Source: an uncultured bacterium
GTDB lineage: Bacteria > Actinomycetota > Thermoleophilia > Solirubrobacterales > 70-9
Length of the DNA stretch: 64,000 nt
Assembly: GCA_963696945.1 (NCBI GenBank)
Contig: CAVOME010000008.1
Span: forward strand, 69,767 to 133,766
Reading direction: 5' to 3'
The notes under the pieces are model-generated. The model had not been told where the DNA came from. It did no database searches and saw nothing but the letters and a program-made list of their open reading frames with translations. Below are positions 19,792 to 29,800 of this stretch, piece by piece (the stretch's first letter is position 1; every line of letters begins with the position of its first letter). The position numbers and the translations under genes are program-made.

Positions 19792-21300
19792 CTCCGCTTC
19801 AGCGACCTCGGGCTGTCCGAGGAAATCCTGCGGGCCCTCGACGAGCTCGGGCTACTCCGACCCGACCGCGATCCAGGAGCAGGCGATCCCGGAGCTCCTC
19901 GCCGGCCACGACGTGATCGGCCAGGCGCAGACCGGAACCGGCAAGACGGCCGCCTTCGGGCTGCCGATGCTCCAGTACCTCGATCCGAGCTCCGGCGAGA
20001 CCCAGGCGCCTCGTCCTGACCCCGACCCGCGAGCTCTGCATCCAGGTCACCCAGGCCCTGCGCGCCTACGCCGAGCACCTCGCCGGTCGAGGTGATCGCG
20101 GTATTCGGCGGCCAGGCCGTAGCGACCCAGCAGTCGCGGCTGCGCGAGGCGGCCCACGTCGTCGTGGCCACGGTCGGGCGGACGCTCGACCTGATCTCGC
20201 GGGGATCGCTCGACCTGGCATCCGCCCGCTACGTGGTCCTCGACGAGGCCGACGAGATGCTCGATCTGGGCTTCATCGAGGACGTCGAGCGGATCCTCCG
20301 GATCTGCCCCGCGGGTCGCCAGACCTCGCTGTTCTCGGCCACGATCCCGCCCCCGATCGAGCGGCTCGCCGACCGCTACATGTACGACCCGGTCACGATC
20401 AGGGTGACGCCGAAGCAGCTCACGGTGGACGCGATCGAGCAGGCCTACGTCGAGGTGTCCCGCGCGCGGCAAGGTCGAGCGGCTGATCGAGGTCCTGCGC
20501 GCCGAGGAGCCCGAGCAGGCGATCATCTTCTGCCGCACCAAGATCGGCACCGCGCGGCTCGACGAGGCGCTGCGTGCCCGCGGCCTCCAGGTCAAGGCGC
20601 TGCACGGCGACCTGAGCCAGGGCGCAGCGCGACGGGGTGATGCTCGCCTTCAAGGACCACCGGCTGCGGCTGCTGGCGGCCACCGACGTCGCCGCCCGCG
20701 GCCTCGACATCGAGCACGTCACCCACGTGATCAACTACGACGTTCCCGACATGACCGAGTCGTACATCCATCGGATCGGGCGCACCGGACGGGTGGGGCG
20801 GACGGGCCGCGCGATCACCTTCGTGACCGAGAAGCAGCTGCCCGAGATCGGACGGATCGAGCGCGAGGCGAAGACGAGCATCGGGGAGTGGGAGCCGCCC
20901 GAGGAGCGCCTCGAGCACGCCCCGCGGCCGAGGCGCCGAAGGCACGAGGCGCCGCCTGCCGCGCCGGACCGGCGAGAGGAACCGGTCGGCGACGGGCTGG
21001 TGAAGCTGTTCGTCAACCGCGGGAGGCGCAGCGGGATCGACGACGAGGACGTCCGCTGGGCGCTCACCGAGGGCGCCGTGGTCCCGGACGACGCGATCGG
21101 CTCGATCCGGGTGCTCGACCGGTTCTCGTTCGTCGAGCTCGACGCCGGGCCACGCCGAGCAGGCGCTCGAGCGACTCGAGGGGACGAAGCTCAAGGGCAA
21201 GCAGATCCGCGTCGAGTACGGCCCGCGGCTAGGCCGGGGACGGGCACAGGCTCGCCCTCGGGATGGTCCCGGCAGCACTCCTCGCGCTCGCTCTACCTGA
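19788..21300 (+). pseudogene. DEAD-box ATP-dependent RNA helicase with a DbpA-type C-terminal RNA-binding domain and about 7 frame switches.
   Basis: The pieces are [18 protein letters not shown]; [33 protein letters not shown] (ORF 19913); VVLDEADEMLDLGFIEDVERIL..SLFSATIPP (ORF 20092..20640); and [45 protein letters not shown] (ORF 20637..21848). The C-terminus reads [16 protein letters not shown] 19788 overlaps the upstream stop. Confidence 0.9.
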
Positions 21301-22831
21301 TCTTCGAGCCGTCGAGCGCCGACCTCGCGGCCCAGACGTTTCGGTCGGACCTGTTCTCGGCGCACGGCTTCCTGATCTGGAACGACTACTGGTACGGCGG
21401 GCCACTACCTGCCCGGCTACAGCGTGCTCTTTCCGCCGCTCGGCGCCGCGTTCGGCCCGCGGGTGGTCGGCGCGCTGTCGGCGGTTGCGGCCGCCGCCCT
21501 GTTCGCCGCCCTCGCGCGACGTGCCTACGGGACTCGCGCCTCGCTGGCCATCCTGTGGTTCGGCGTCGGGAACGGCGACGATGCTGTTCACGGGACGCCT
21601 CACCTTCGCCCTGGGCGTCGCGGTGGGAGCGACCGCGCTCCTCGCCGTACAGCGGCGCCGCCTCGGGACGCGCGGCCGCGCTCGGCGCGCTGACCTCGTG
21701 CGCCAGCCCGGTCGCGGGCCTGTTCGTCGCGCTGGCCGGCGCCGCTTTGGCCCTCGCGGGGCGACCGTCGCGGCGGCGCCATGCTCGCCGCGGGAGCGAT
21801 CGCCGCGATCGCCGCGCTTTCGCTGGCGTTTCCGACCGGCGGCATTGAGCCATTCGTGTTCTCCGCCCTGCTTCCGGTGCCGTTACTCGCCGCCGCCGCG
21901 CTCATTCTCCTGCCCGCCGAGGAGGCGAACGATTCGCTGGGCGATCGCCGTCTACGCGCTGGCCTGCGTCGCGGCGTTCGCGATCCCGAATCCGGTCGGC
22001 GGCAACATGACTCGCCTCGGCGCCCTGGCGGCCGGTCCCGTCCTCGCCCTCGGGCTGATCGGTCGCCGGCCGGTGGCCCTGGCGCTCCTCGCCGTGCCGC
22101 TCCTTTATTGGCAATGGACCGCCCCCGTCCGCGACCTCTCGGCGGCGTCCGGGGACCCTTCCGTCAAGGAGTCCTACTACGCGCCCCTGCTCGCCGCAGC
22201 TTCGAGCGACGAGACCCATGGCGCTCCCGCTCGGATCGAGATCCCGCCGACCAGGAATCGCTGGGAGGTCGACCTACGTCGCGCCGCGCTTTTCGCTCGC
22301 CCGGGGTTGGCTTCGCCAGCTCGAGTCCGACGACTTCGACCTGTTCACGGACGGCCACCTGCACCCCGCGCACTACCGAAGCTGGCTCGTACGACCGCGG
22401 CGTCACCTACGTCGCCGTCTCCGATGCCGAGCCCGACTATCTGTGCCGAGGACGAGGAGGCCCTGATCGCGCGAGCGGCCTGCCATATCTGAGCCCCGCT
22501 GGTCGAACTCGCATTGGCATCTGTATCGCGGTGCGCGGAACGCCCGGCCTCGTCTCGACGCCTCGCGACCTGCTCGGCCCGTGGGGCATGGCACCGCGAC
22601 TGACCGAGCTTGGGCCCGCCGAGCTTCACGCTCTCGGCTCGAGGCCGGGGACGTCTCCTCGTCCGCCTCCACTACACGCCGTACTGGACCGTCACCTCGG
22701 GGAGCGCCTGCGTCGAGCGCGACGGCGACTGGACGCGGCGTCGAGGTGACGCGGGCCGGGTGCGGTCGCGAGTCACCGCCCGGTTCAGCTTCTCGGCGCT
22801 CTTCGGCCGGGATCGCGAGTGCTCGGGGTAG
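21263..22831 (+). pseudogene. Large polytopic membrane protein (possible GT-C-type glycosyltransferase) with many frame switches.
   Basis: The pieces are [29 protein letters not shown]; [29 protein letters not shown]; [40 protein letters not shown]; IRWAIAVYALACVAAFAIPNPVGGNMTRLGALAAGPVLALGLIGRRPVALALLAVPLLYWQW; and SLARGWLRQLESDDFDLFTDGHL. The family assignment is weak. Confidence 0.4.
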
Positions 22832-23666
22832 CGCTTGCCCTCGCGTCCAGCGTCGCCTGGGGCGTCTCGGACTTCCTCGGCGGGCTGCAGACCCGGCGCA
22901 TCTCGGCGCTGACGGTGCTCCTGGTCAGCCAGCCGGTCGGCCTCGTCCTCGCGCTCGCGTTCGCGCTCGCGTTCGGCGGCGATCCGCTCAGCACCCGCGA
23001 CGCCGCGATCGCGACCGCGGCCGGTGCGGTGGTCGGTGCTGCGCCCTGGCCGCCTTCTACCGGGCGATGGCCCTCGGCTCGGTGACGGTCGTCGCGACGA
23101 TCGGGGCGCTCGGCGTCCTCGGTGCCCGTGGTCGGCCGGGCGTGATCCAGGGCGACGGCCCGCCCCGATCCAGGGCGTCGGCGCGGCAGCCGGCATCGCT
23201 GGAGTGATCCTCGTCACCCGCGAGCCCGACCCCGAGTGGCGCTCGGCCGGCCGCGCGTCGGTCGGCCTCGCCGCGCTGGCCGCGCTCGGGTTCGGCGCCT
23301 TCTTCCTCGCACTCGACGTCGCCTCGGGCGCCCCAACCCGCGTGGACGATCGTGGCGGCACGGGTCGGCGGGGTCGCGATGCTCGCGGTCGCCGCGGCGG
23401 CTCGTCCGACCGTCGATGCGGATCGAGGCTTCGCTTCTGCCGGTCCTGCTGGCGATCGGCTTCTTCGACGTCCTCGCGAACTCGCTGTTCGCGCTCGCCA
23501 CCAATCACGGCCTGCTCTCGCTGGTTGGCGGTGGCCGGCTCGCTCTACTCGGCCGTCACCGTCCTTCTGGCCCGCTTCGTGCTCGGTGAGCGCCTCGCCC
23601 CCGCGCAGCGTCTGCGGCGTCGTGGCGGCGCTGATCGGTGTGGCGCTGATCGCCGCCGGCGCGTAG
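22819..23666 (+). pseudogene. EamA/DMT-family transporter with several frame switches.
   Basis: The pieces are MLGVALALASSVAWGVSDFLGGLQTRRISALTVLLVSQPVGLVLALAFALAF (ORF 22819); SLLPVLLAIGFFDVLANSLFALATNHGLLSLV (ORF 23236); and AGSLYSAVTVLLARFVLGERL (ORF 23024). The C-terminus reads GVVAALIGVALIAAGA. Confidence 0.7.
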
Positions 23667-23712
23667 ACGGCGTGCCGGATCGTCGACGGCGGGCGGGTCG
23701 GGTGCGCGGCGG

Positions 23713-24348
23713 CTAGGAGGGCGTGGGGATCGCGATCCCGAGCAGGTCCTCGAGTCGCGCGATCGTCTCGGCGGCGTCGCGATGGAGGATCGCCGTCATC
23801 CCCACCGCCTCGGCGCCGGCGCAGTTCTCGCGCAGGTCGTCGACGAACACGCACTCGCCGAGGCTCGGCGCCGAGGCGCTCGGCGGCGAGGCAGGTAGAT
23901 CTCGGGCTCGGGCTTGTGCAGGCCGACCTCCGCCGAGATCACGACGTCGTCGAACAGGTCGGTGAGCAGGTCGCGGTCGTAATGCGAGGTGCTCCACGAG
24001 TTGGAGACCAGCCCGGTACGGATGCCCGCAGCACGGGTCGCGGCGACCGCGGCGAGCATCGGCTCGTACGGGCTGCATGCCCTCGAACATGCTGTCGATC
24101 AGGTTCGAGGCCTCTCCGAGTCCGAGGCGTTCGGCGAACCGATGCTCGAACTCGTCCTCGGAGAGCTTTCCGGTCTCGAGGCCCCGCAGGTCGGCGAGTG
24201 CGGCGGGTCCTCCCGGAAGAGGCGCTTCACCGCGTCCTCCTCGAGTCCCTTCCCGCGGCAGAAGTCGGCGAAGCTGTCCCAGACCGAGGTGGTCAGCACG
24301 CCGCCGAAGTCGATCAGCAGGACGCTGTGCGTCAGCCCCCGCGGGCAT
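23713..24348 (-). pseudogene. HAD-superfamily hydrolase with about 3 frame switches.
   Basis: The pieces are VLLIDFGGVLTTSVWDSFADFCRGKGLEED (ORF 24099..24299); MLAAVAATRAAGIRTGLVSNSWS..DDVVISAEVGLHKPEPEIY (ORF 23796..24059); and ECVFVDDLRENCAGAEAVGMTAILH (ORF 23713..24495). Confidence 0.7.
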
Positions 24349-24361
24349 AGGATTGGCCGCC

Positions 24362-25411
24362 ATGGCCGACGAGGCTACCGACCGAGACGAGGGAATCGAC
24401 CGGCCGCGCATGGAGGCGTGGTTCGCGGACAACGTCCCCGGCGCCGAGCCTCCGCTCTCCTTCGAGCGCATCTCAGGCGGCCGCTCCAACCTCACCTACG
24501 CGGTCAGCGACAGCGCCGGCCGTCGCTGGGCACTGCGCCGGCCGCCGCTCGGAGAGCGCCTCGCCTCGGCACACGATATGACGCGCGAGCATCGCATCAT
24601 CTCGGCGCTCCAGGCGACCCCGGTCCCGGTGCCGCCGGCGGTCGGGCTCTGCGAGGACGACTCGGTGAACGGCGCCCCCTTCTACGTCATGGACTTCGTC
24701 GAGGGGCCGATCCTCCGCTCGCGCACGGAGGCCGAGGCCGAGTTCGGCGAGGCGCAGCGCAAAGCGATCGGCGAGCGGGTGGTCGACACGCTCGTCGCCA
24801 TCCACGCGGTCGACCCGGACGAGGCCGGGCTCGGCGCCCTGGGCAAGAAGGAGGACTACGTCGCCCGCCAGCTTCACCGCTGGCATGGGCAGTGGGAGAA
24901 GTCGAAGACGCGACGAGATTGCCGCTCGTCGACGACGTCCATCGGCGGCTCGTTGACGAGATCCCGGACCAGGGGCCGGCGACGATCGTCCACGGCGACT
25001 ACCGGCTCGACAACATGATCCTCTCGGACTCGGGCGAGGTGGCGGCGGTCGTCGACTGGGAGCTCTGCACGCTCGGCGACCCGCTGGCCGACGTCGGCAT
25101 GCTGCTCGTCTACTGGTCCGAGCCCGGCGACGAGCTGATGCCGCTGTTCGAGGCGCCGACGATCGCCGCCGGCTTCCCGCGGCGCGACGAGGTCCGCGAG
25201 CGCTACGCAGAGCGCGTCCGGCCGCGACCTCTCCGGGATCGACTTCTACGTCGCGCTTGCCTGGTGGAAGCTGGCGATCATCCTCCAGGGCGTCTACGCC
25301 CGCTACTCCGCGGGCCAGTACGGCGAGCCGGACGAGCGAATCGAGGAGTTCGCCAAGATCGTCGGGCGGCTCGTCGACGCCGCCGACGAGGCGGAGAAGC
25401 GGTTGGGCTGA
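24362..25411 (+). pseudogene. Phosphotransferase (aminoglycoside/choline kinase-like APH family, of the type often paired with acyl-CoA dehydrogenases), with about 2 frame switches.
   Basis: The pieces are MADEATDR..FERISGGRSNLTYAVSDSAGRRWALRRPPLG..APFYVMDFVEG (ORF 24077..25018) and IVHGDYRLDNMILSDSGEVAAVVDWELCTLGDPLADVG (ORF 23989..25662). The C-terminus reads YVALAWWKLAIILQGVYARY. Confidence 0.8.
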
Positions 25412-25486
25412 GCTCAGTCCTGGGCGGAGACACCTGCTTCAGGATCAGGTGGGGCCTGCCACCCATGTGGGGCCTAAACTGGCTCC

Positions 25487-26841
25487 ATGAAGCCGTTTCG
25501 GGGAGGGTTGGTCTCCGCGGTCGTGGCAGTGCTCGTAGTTGCTCCCGCCGCCGGCGCCGCCACCACAGCGACGCTGGTCAAGGACATCCATCCCGGCCGG
25601 GCCGGCTCCGAGATCTACTCGCCGGCCCACGTCGGGGACACGCTCTTCTTCAGCGCCGATGACGGCCCCCACGGCGCTGAGCTCTGGAGGTCGGACGGCA
25701 CTCAGCGGGGCACGAGGCTCGTCAAGGACATCAATCCCGGGAACGTGAACGCCGGACCCCTCCAAGCTGACCGCGTCCGACGGAACGCTGCTGTTCGCCG
25801 CTTACGACGATCGGCACGGCTCGGAGCTCTGGAGCTCTGACGGAACGGAGGCAGGTACGACGCTCGACCCGCGACATCGCCCCGGCAGGGAACCGGGCTG
25901 CTGTCGCGCGCTGACGGATGTCGCGGGCACCGCTTTCTTCGAGGGCGTCGACCCCGAGCACGGCACTGAGCTCTGGAGGTCCGACGGCACCACCGCGGGC
26001 ACGAAACTCGTCGAGGACATTTATTACGCGACCCCGTCGGTGGGCTCAAACCCCTTCCCCTGGTTGGCGTGGGTCGAACGCTCTTCTTCACGGCTGACGA
26101 CGGGCTCCACGGCGATGAGCTCTGGAGGTCGGATGGCACTGCCGCGGGAACGACGGCTGGTTAAGGACATCTGTCCCGGCGGGAGCACTACCCCGATCGG
26201 CTCGTAAACGTAGCGGGAACTCTGTTCTTCGTGGCGATCGACCCCACGTACGGCGCGACGCTCTGGAGGTCCGACGGAACGACGGCGGGGACGACTCGAG
26301 TCAGCGATGCATTCCACCCCATTCGGATCGTCGCAGAGCGCGGGGACAAGCTCTTCTTCCGGGAAGCGAGATGAGCCCACGGCACTGAGCTCTGGGTGTC
26401 GGACGGCAGTGAGGCAGGCACCCACCTCGTCAAGGACATCAATCCCGGAACCGGCGATTCGGCTCCCACCTATCCTGACGAACGTCGCCGGCACGCTCTA
26501 CTTCTCGGCCTATGACCCCACCCACGGCAGGGAGCTCTGGAAGTCCGATGGCACGACCGAGGGACGACCCTGGTGAAGGACATCAACCCGGGCCCGGCGT
26601 CGGGAGCTCCGCGCAAGCTCACCGACGTCGCCGGCCGGCTCTACTTCAGCGCCAGGTACCCCGGCCAGGGCCGAGAGCTATGGGCGTCGGACGGGACGAC
26701 TCGGGAACGAGCCTGGTCAAGGACATCGACCCAGGCCCCCGGGGCTCGGGGGCGAGCAGCCTGATCGATGTGGACGGCACGCTCTACTTCTCGGCGACCG
26801 ACCGCACGCACGGCCACGAGCTCTGGAAGGTCGTCCCCTAG
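25487..26841 (+). pseudogene. Secreted ELWxxDGT-repeat protein with many frame switches.
   Basis: A signal peptide MKPFRGGLVSAVVAVLVVAPAAGAA is followed by repeated units HGxELWRSDGTxxGTxLVKDINPGxxxSxP..L..V.GTLFF.A.D. These are scattered over ORFs 25487, 26307, 26512 and 26573 and over minus-strand antisense ORFs. Confidence 0.75.
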
Positions 26842-28111
26842 GCCTTCGCCGGCTCGGGCGGAGCGGCGGCGCGAGTCCCGTCCGATCCGTCGCTCCGCCC
26901 TCCGCCTCCTTCGCCCAGCGGTGGAGCTCGCGGCGGGCGATCACGACCTTGTGGACCTCGTCGGGGCCGTCGGCCACTCGCAGCATGCGTGAGAAGCGCC
27001 ACATCCAGGCGAGCGGGGTGTCGTCGGACATCCCGAGCGCCCCGTGGACCTGGATCGCGCGGTCGAGGACGTCCATGACGACGTTGGCGGCCACCACCTT
27101 GATCATCGAGATCTCCTGGCGGGCGGCGCGCTTGCCTGCCGTGTCCATCTTCCAGGCGGCGTAGAGGGTCAGCAGCCGGGCCTGGTCCACCTCCATCCGC
27201 GAACGGGCGACGAAGTCCTGGACGAACTGCTTGTCGGCCAGCTTGCCGCCGAAGGTCTCACGGTCGTTGGCGCGGCGGCTCATCAGCTCGATCGCCCGCT
27301 CGGCGGTACCGATCGCCCGCATGCAGTGATGGATCCGGCCGGGCCCGAGCCGATCCTGGGCGATCACGAAGCCGGCGCCCCGCTCGCCGAGCAGGTTCGC
27401 CGCCGGCACGCGACAGTCCTCGTAACGGATCTCGCAGTGGCCCGGCCCGCCCGCGTGGCCCATCACCGAGACCGGCCGGACGAGATCGAATCCCGGGTTG
27501 TCGGTGGGGACGAGGATCATGCTCGCCCGCGCGTACGGGTGAGCATCGGGCTCGGTCACGCACATCACGATCGCCAGCTCGGCGCCGACCGCGCCCGAGG
27601 TGAACCACTTGTGCCCGTTGATCACCCACTCGTCGCCGTCGAGCTCACCCCGGGTCCGGAGGGTCGTCGGATCCGAGCCGGAGACCTCGGGCTCGGTCAT
27701 CGAGAAGCAGCTCCGGATCTCGCCGTCCAGCATCGGCTGAAGCCACTCCTCGCGCTGCGCGTCGGTCCCGTGCTCGGCGACGATCTCCATGTTCCCGGTG
27801 TCTGGAGCGGAGCAGTTGAAGGCCATCGGCGCGATCGCGGGGCTTCGGCCCATCTCCTCGCAGAGCACGCCGTACTCCCAGTTCCCAAGCCCGGCGCCGT
27901 AGCGCTCATCGGGCATGAACAGGTTCCACAGGCCCTCCTCGCGGGCGCGGCTGCGGATCTCGACCAGGATCTCGGGATAGGGAGTGCCCGGGCCCACCTC
28001 CGCGTCCAGCGCTCTCATCGCCTCGACCTCGGCCGGGAAGACGTGTTCCTCCATGAAGGCCCGAATCCGGTCCCGCAGCTCCTCGACCCGGGGCGTGACG
28101 TCGAAGTCCAT
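26717..28111 (-). CDS. Acyl-CoA dehydrogenase. The C-terminal end is uncertain.
   Basis: MDFDVTPRVEELRDRIRAFMEEHV..CFSMTEPEVSGSDPT..GHCEIRYEDCRVP..RVADGPDEVHKVVIARREL. The ORF then runs 125 nt into the convergent ELW gene as an Arg/Pro-rich tail. A one-base frame change would end it at TAG 26838..26840 instead. Confidence 0.85.
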   Translation of the reverse strand: MDFDVTPRVEELRDRIRAFMEEHVFPAEVEAMRALDAEVGPGTPYPEILVEIRSRAREEGLWNLFMPDERYGAGLGNWEYGVLCEEMGRSPAIAPMAFNCSAPDTGNMEIVAEHGTDAQREEWLQPMLDGEIRSCFSMTEPEVSGSDPTTLRTRGELDGDEWVINGHKWFTSGAVGAELAIVMCVTEPDAHPYARASMILVPTDNPGFDLVRPVSVMGHAGGPGHCEIRYEDCRVPAANLLGERGAGFVIAQDRLGPGRIHHCMRAIGTAERAIELMSRRANDRETFGGKLADKQFVQDFVARSRMEVDQARLLTLYAAWKMDTAGKRAARQEISMIKVVAANVVMDVLDRAIQVHGALGMSDDTPLAWMWRFSRMLRVADGPDEVHKVVIARRELHRWAKEAEGGATDRTGLAPPLRPSRRRPRGRPSRARGRACGRSPRSRACRPHRSGCSPPSPGGLGRCP

Positions 28112-28180
28112 CAGGCGCAGCCTAATGCAGAAGGGCGGTCGGGCTGGGTGAGGGGATGTGACCGGCCGGCTTCGATTGCC

Positions 28181-28219
28181 GGGGCGGATTGACCACCCAT
28201 ACGGTTGCGAACTCGCCCC
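28181..28219. repeat. R2 hairpin repeat, copy 1, between the TauE stop and the acyl-CoA dehydrogenase start.
   Basis: GGGGCGGATTGAC-CACCCATACGGTT-GCGAACTCGCCCC. The arms are imperfectly complementary. It matches 49560..49598 when reverse-complemented, with an identical 14-nt AACCGTATGGGTGG. Confidence 0.6.
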
Positions 28220-28263
28220 GATGGGCGGATGGCGACGGCCCGCTCCAGCTCGCCGTTACTCGA

Positions 28264-29187
28264 TCAGGCGACGGCCGCGGGGGCCTGGGCCGCCCTCTTC
28301 AGCGCGCGCTGGCGCTGGCGGTGAAGGCCGATCTGGACGGCGAACAGGCCGGCGATCGTGATCGCGGCGACGGTGACCGACGGGATCAGCACCGCCTTCG
28401 GCACGTGCTCCTTGGTGATCAGGGCGATCGATGAGGCGATCAGAACGATCCCGAGCGCGTTTCGGAGGAGCCCGGTCGGGACCTTGACCGCGAGCTGGCT
28501 CCCGATCAGGACCCCGGGGATCGAGCCGACCAGGATGTTCGCGGCGAGGCCGAGGTCGACGTTGCCACCGACCCAGTGGGCCAGCCCGGCGGCCCACAGG
28601 AGGATGGCGGCGTGGAAGACGTCGGTGCCCACCACCCGCTGGGGCGTCAGGCGGTAACCGGCAATCAGGACCAGCGCGATCAATGTGCCGCTGCCAGCCG
28701 ACGTCAGGCCGATCACGAAACCGGTCATGGCGCCGGTCGCGATCGCGACAACGATGTGGCGCCGATACAAGTGCATCGCATAGCGCTCCGGGATCATGTC
28801 TCGCAGGAACAGGGCCCGGATCAGGGTCGCGACTCCGACCACCAGCAGAGCGGACGCGACCATTCCCAGCACCACCTTGTTGACCTCGTCCTCCCCGTAG
28901 CTGTGCTGCAGGATCTCGATCAGCCAAACCCCGGCGATCGCCATCGGGACGCTGCCGACCGCCAGCCACATGGCGATGCCCTTGTGAACCGTCCCGTGCT
29001 TGAGGTGGCGCCACGCTCCTGCCGTCTTGGTGACTGCGCCGTAGAAGATGTCGGTGCCGACCGCGGTGACGGGCTGGATCCCGAACGCGAGGATCAGCAG
29101 GGGGGTCATCAGTGATCCACCGCCCATCCCGGTCATGCCGATCAGGAGGCCGATGCCGAAGCCGAAAACGACGATGATCGGATCCAT
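28264..29187 (-). CDS. TauE/SafE-family sulfite/organosulfonate exporter-type membrane protein.
   Basis: An intact 307-aa ORF reads MDPIIVVFGFGIGLLIGMTGMGGGSLMTPLLILAFG..TGFVIGLTSAGSGTLIALVLI. It has multiple hydrophobic spans. Confidence 0.85.
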   Translation of the reverse strand: MDPIIVVFGFGIGLLIGMTGMGGGSLMTPLLILAFGIQPVTAVGTDIFYGAVTKTAGAWRHLKHGTVHKGIAMWLAVGSVPMAIAGVWLIEILQHSYGEDEVNKVVLGMVASALLVVGVATLIRALFLRDMIPERYAMHLYRRHIVVAIATGAMTGFVIGLTSAGSGTLIALVLIAGYRLTPQRVVGTDVFHAAILLWAAGLAHWVGGNVDLGLAANILVGSIPGVLIGSQLAVKVPTGLLRNALGIVLIASSIALITKEHVPKAVLIPSVTVAAITIAGLFAVQIGLHRQRQRALKRAAQAPAAVA

Positions 29188-29309
29188 AGCCTGGGGGTGG
29201 GAATGGGCGAGTTGCCCGGTGGCGACCCCTCCGACCTTTGTTGATCGGATTGGTACCTAACGCGCCGCCGATGGTAACGAAGTCGACCTCGGGCGAGAAA
29301 TCGACGCGG

Positions 29310-29768
29310 TCAGCGGACTTCCCAGGCGTCCTGATCGGCGATCAGGCGCTTCACCTCCCGAGGCAGCTTGCCCTCGGTGAGGTCGGCGAGGGTCACGCTC
29401 TCGAGTACGGCGCGCAGGTTCGCGCGCACCGCGACCCAGACGTCGCGCAGGTGCTCGGCCGGCCCCGGGTAGTGGGTCGCCTCGGGGGCCGCGTCCTGGA
29501 TGTTCGCCAGCGGTCCCTCGACCGCGCGGATCACGTCGGCCAGGGTGATCTCCTCGGCTGGTCTCGCGAGCCAGTAGCCGCCGCGTGCCCCCCGCTTGGC
29601 CCGCACCAGGCGGGCGTGCTTGAGCTCGAGCAGGATGTGCTCCAGGAACTGGAGCGGGATCTCCTGGGCTTCGGAGAGGTGCTCGCCCTTGACCGGCTTG
29701 CCGTCGGGCGACGCCGCGAGCTCGGCGGCGGCGCGGACTGCGTAGTCGGCTTTGGCGGTAATCCTCAT
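29310..29768 (-). CDS. Rrf2-family transcriptional regulator (CymR/IscR-like by context).
   Basis: MRITAKADYAVRAAAELAAS..EHLSEAQEIPLQFLEHILLELKHARLVRAKRGARGGYWLARPAEEITLADVIRAVEG. ATG 29768 is preferred over the TTG at 29801. Confidence 0.85.
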   Translation of the reverse strand: MRITAKADYAVRAAAELAASPDGKPVKGEHLSEAQEIPLQFLEHILLELKHARLVRAKRGARGGYWLARPAEEITLADVIRAVEGPLANIQDAAPEATHYPGPAEHLRDVWVAVRANLRAVLESVTLADLTEGKLPREVKRLIADQDAWEVR

Positions 29769-29783
29769 CTGGTCCTCTGCGGC

Positions 29784-29799
29784 GTCCCGTTTTCGGGAC
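29784..29799. promoter_or_regulatory. Perfect 6-4-6 palindrome in the 32-bp divergent spacer between the Rrf2 and PHP genes. It is a candidate operator.
   Basis: GTCCCG-TTTT-CGGGAC ends 1 nt before the PHP ATG (29801) and starts 16 nt beyond the Rrf2 ATG (29768). Confidence 0.3.
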
Positions 29800-29800
29800 A

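Noticed and set aside
19788-21300. Programmed ribosomal frameshifting as an explanation for the frame switches.
   Set aside because: There are too many switches per gene (up to 7-8) in unrelated genes, in both +1 and -1 directions. I saw no recurring slippery heptamer or downstream structure at the sites inspected.
26837-26842. A CCTAGG palindrome in which two convergent genes would share overlapping TAG stops. A clear second case is at 51051..51056 (lactone oxidase and GT1).
   Set aside because: The 51-kb case is real but trivially explained by chance, since TAG/CTA overlap is self-complementary. The 26.8-kb case needs an assumed frame change in the acyl-CoA dehydrogenase tail. Two instances are not enough to claim a signal.
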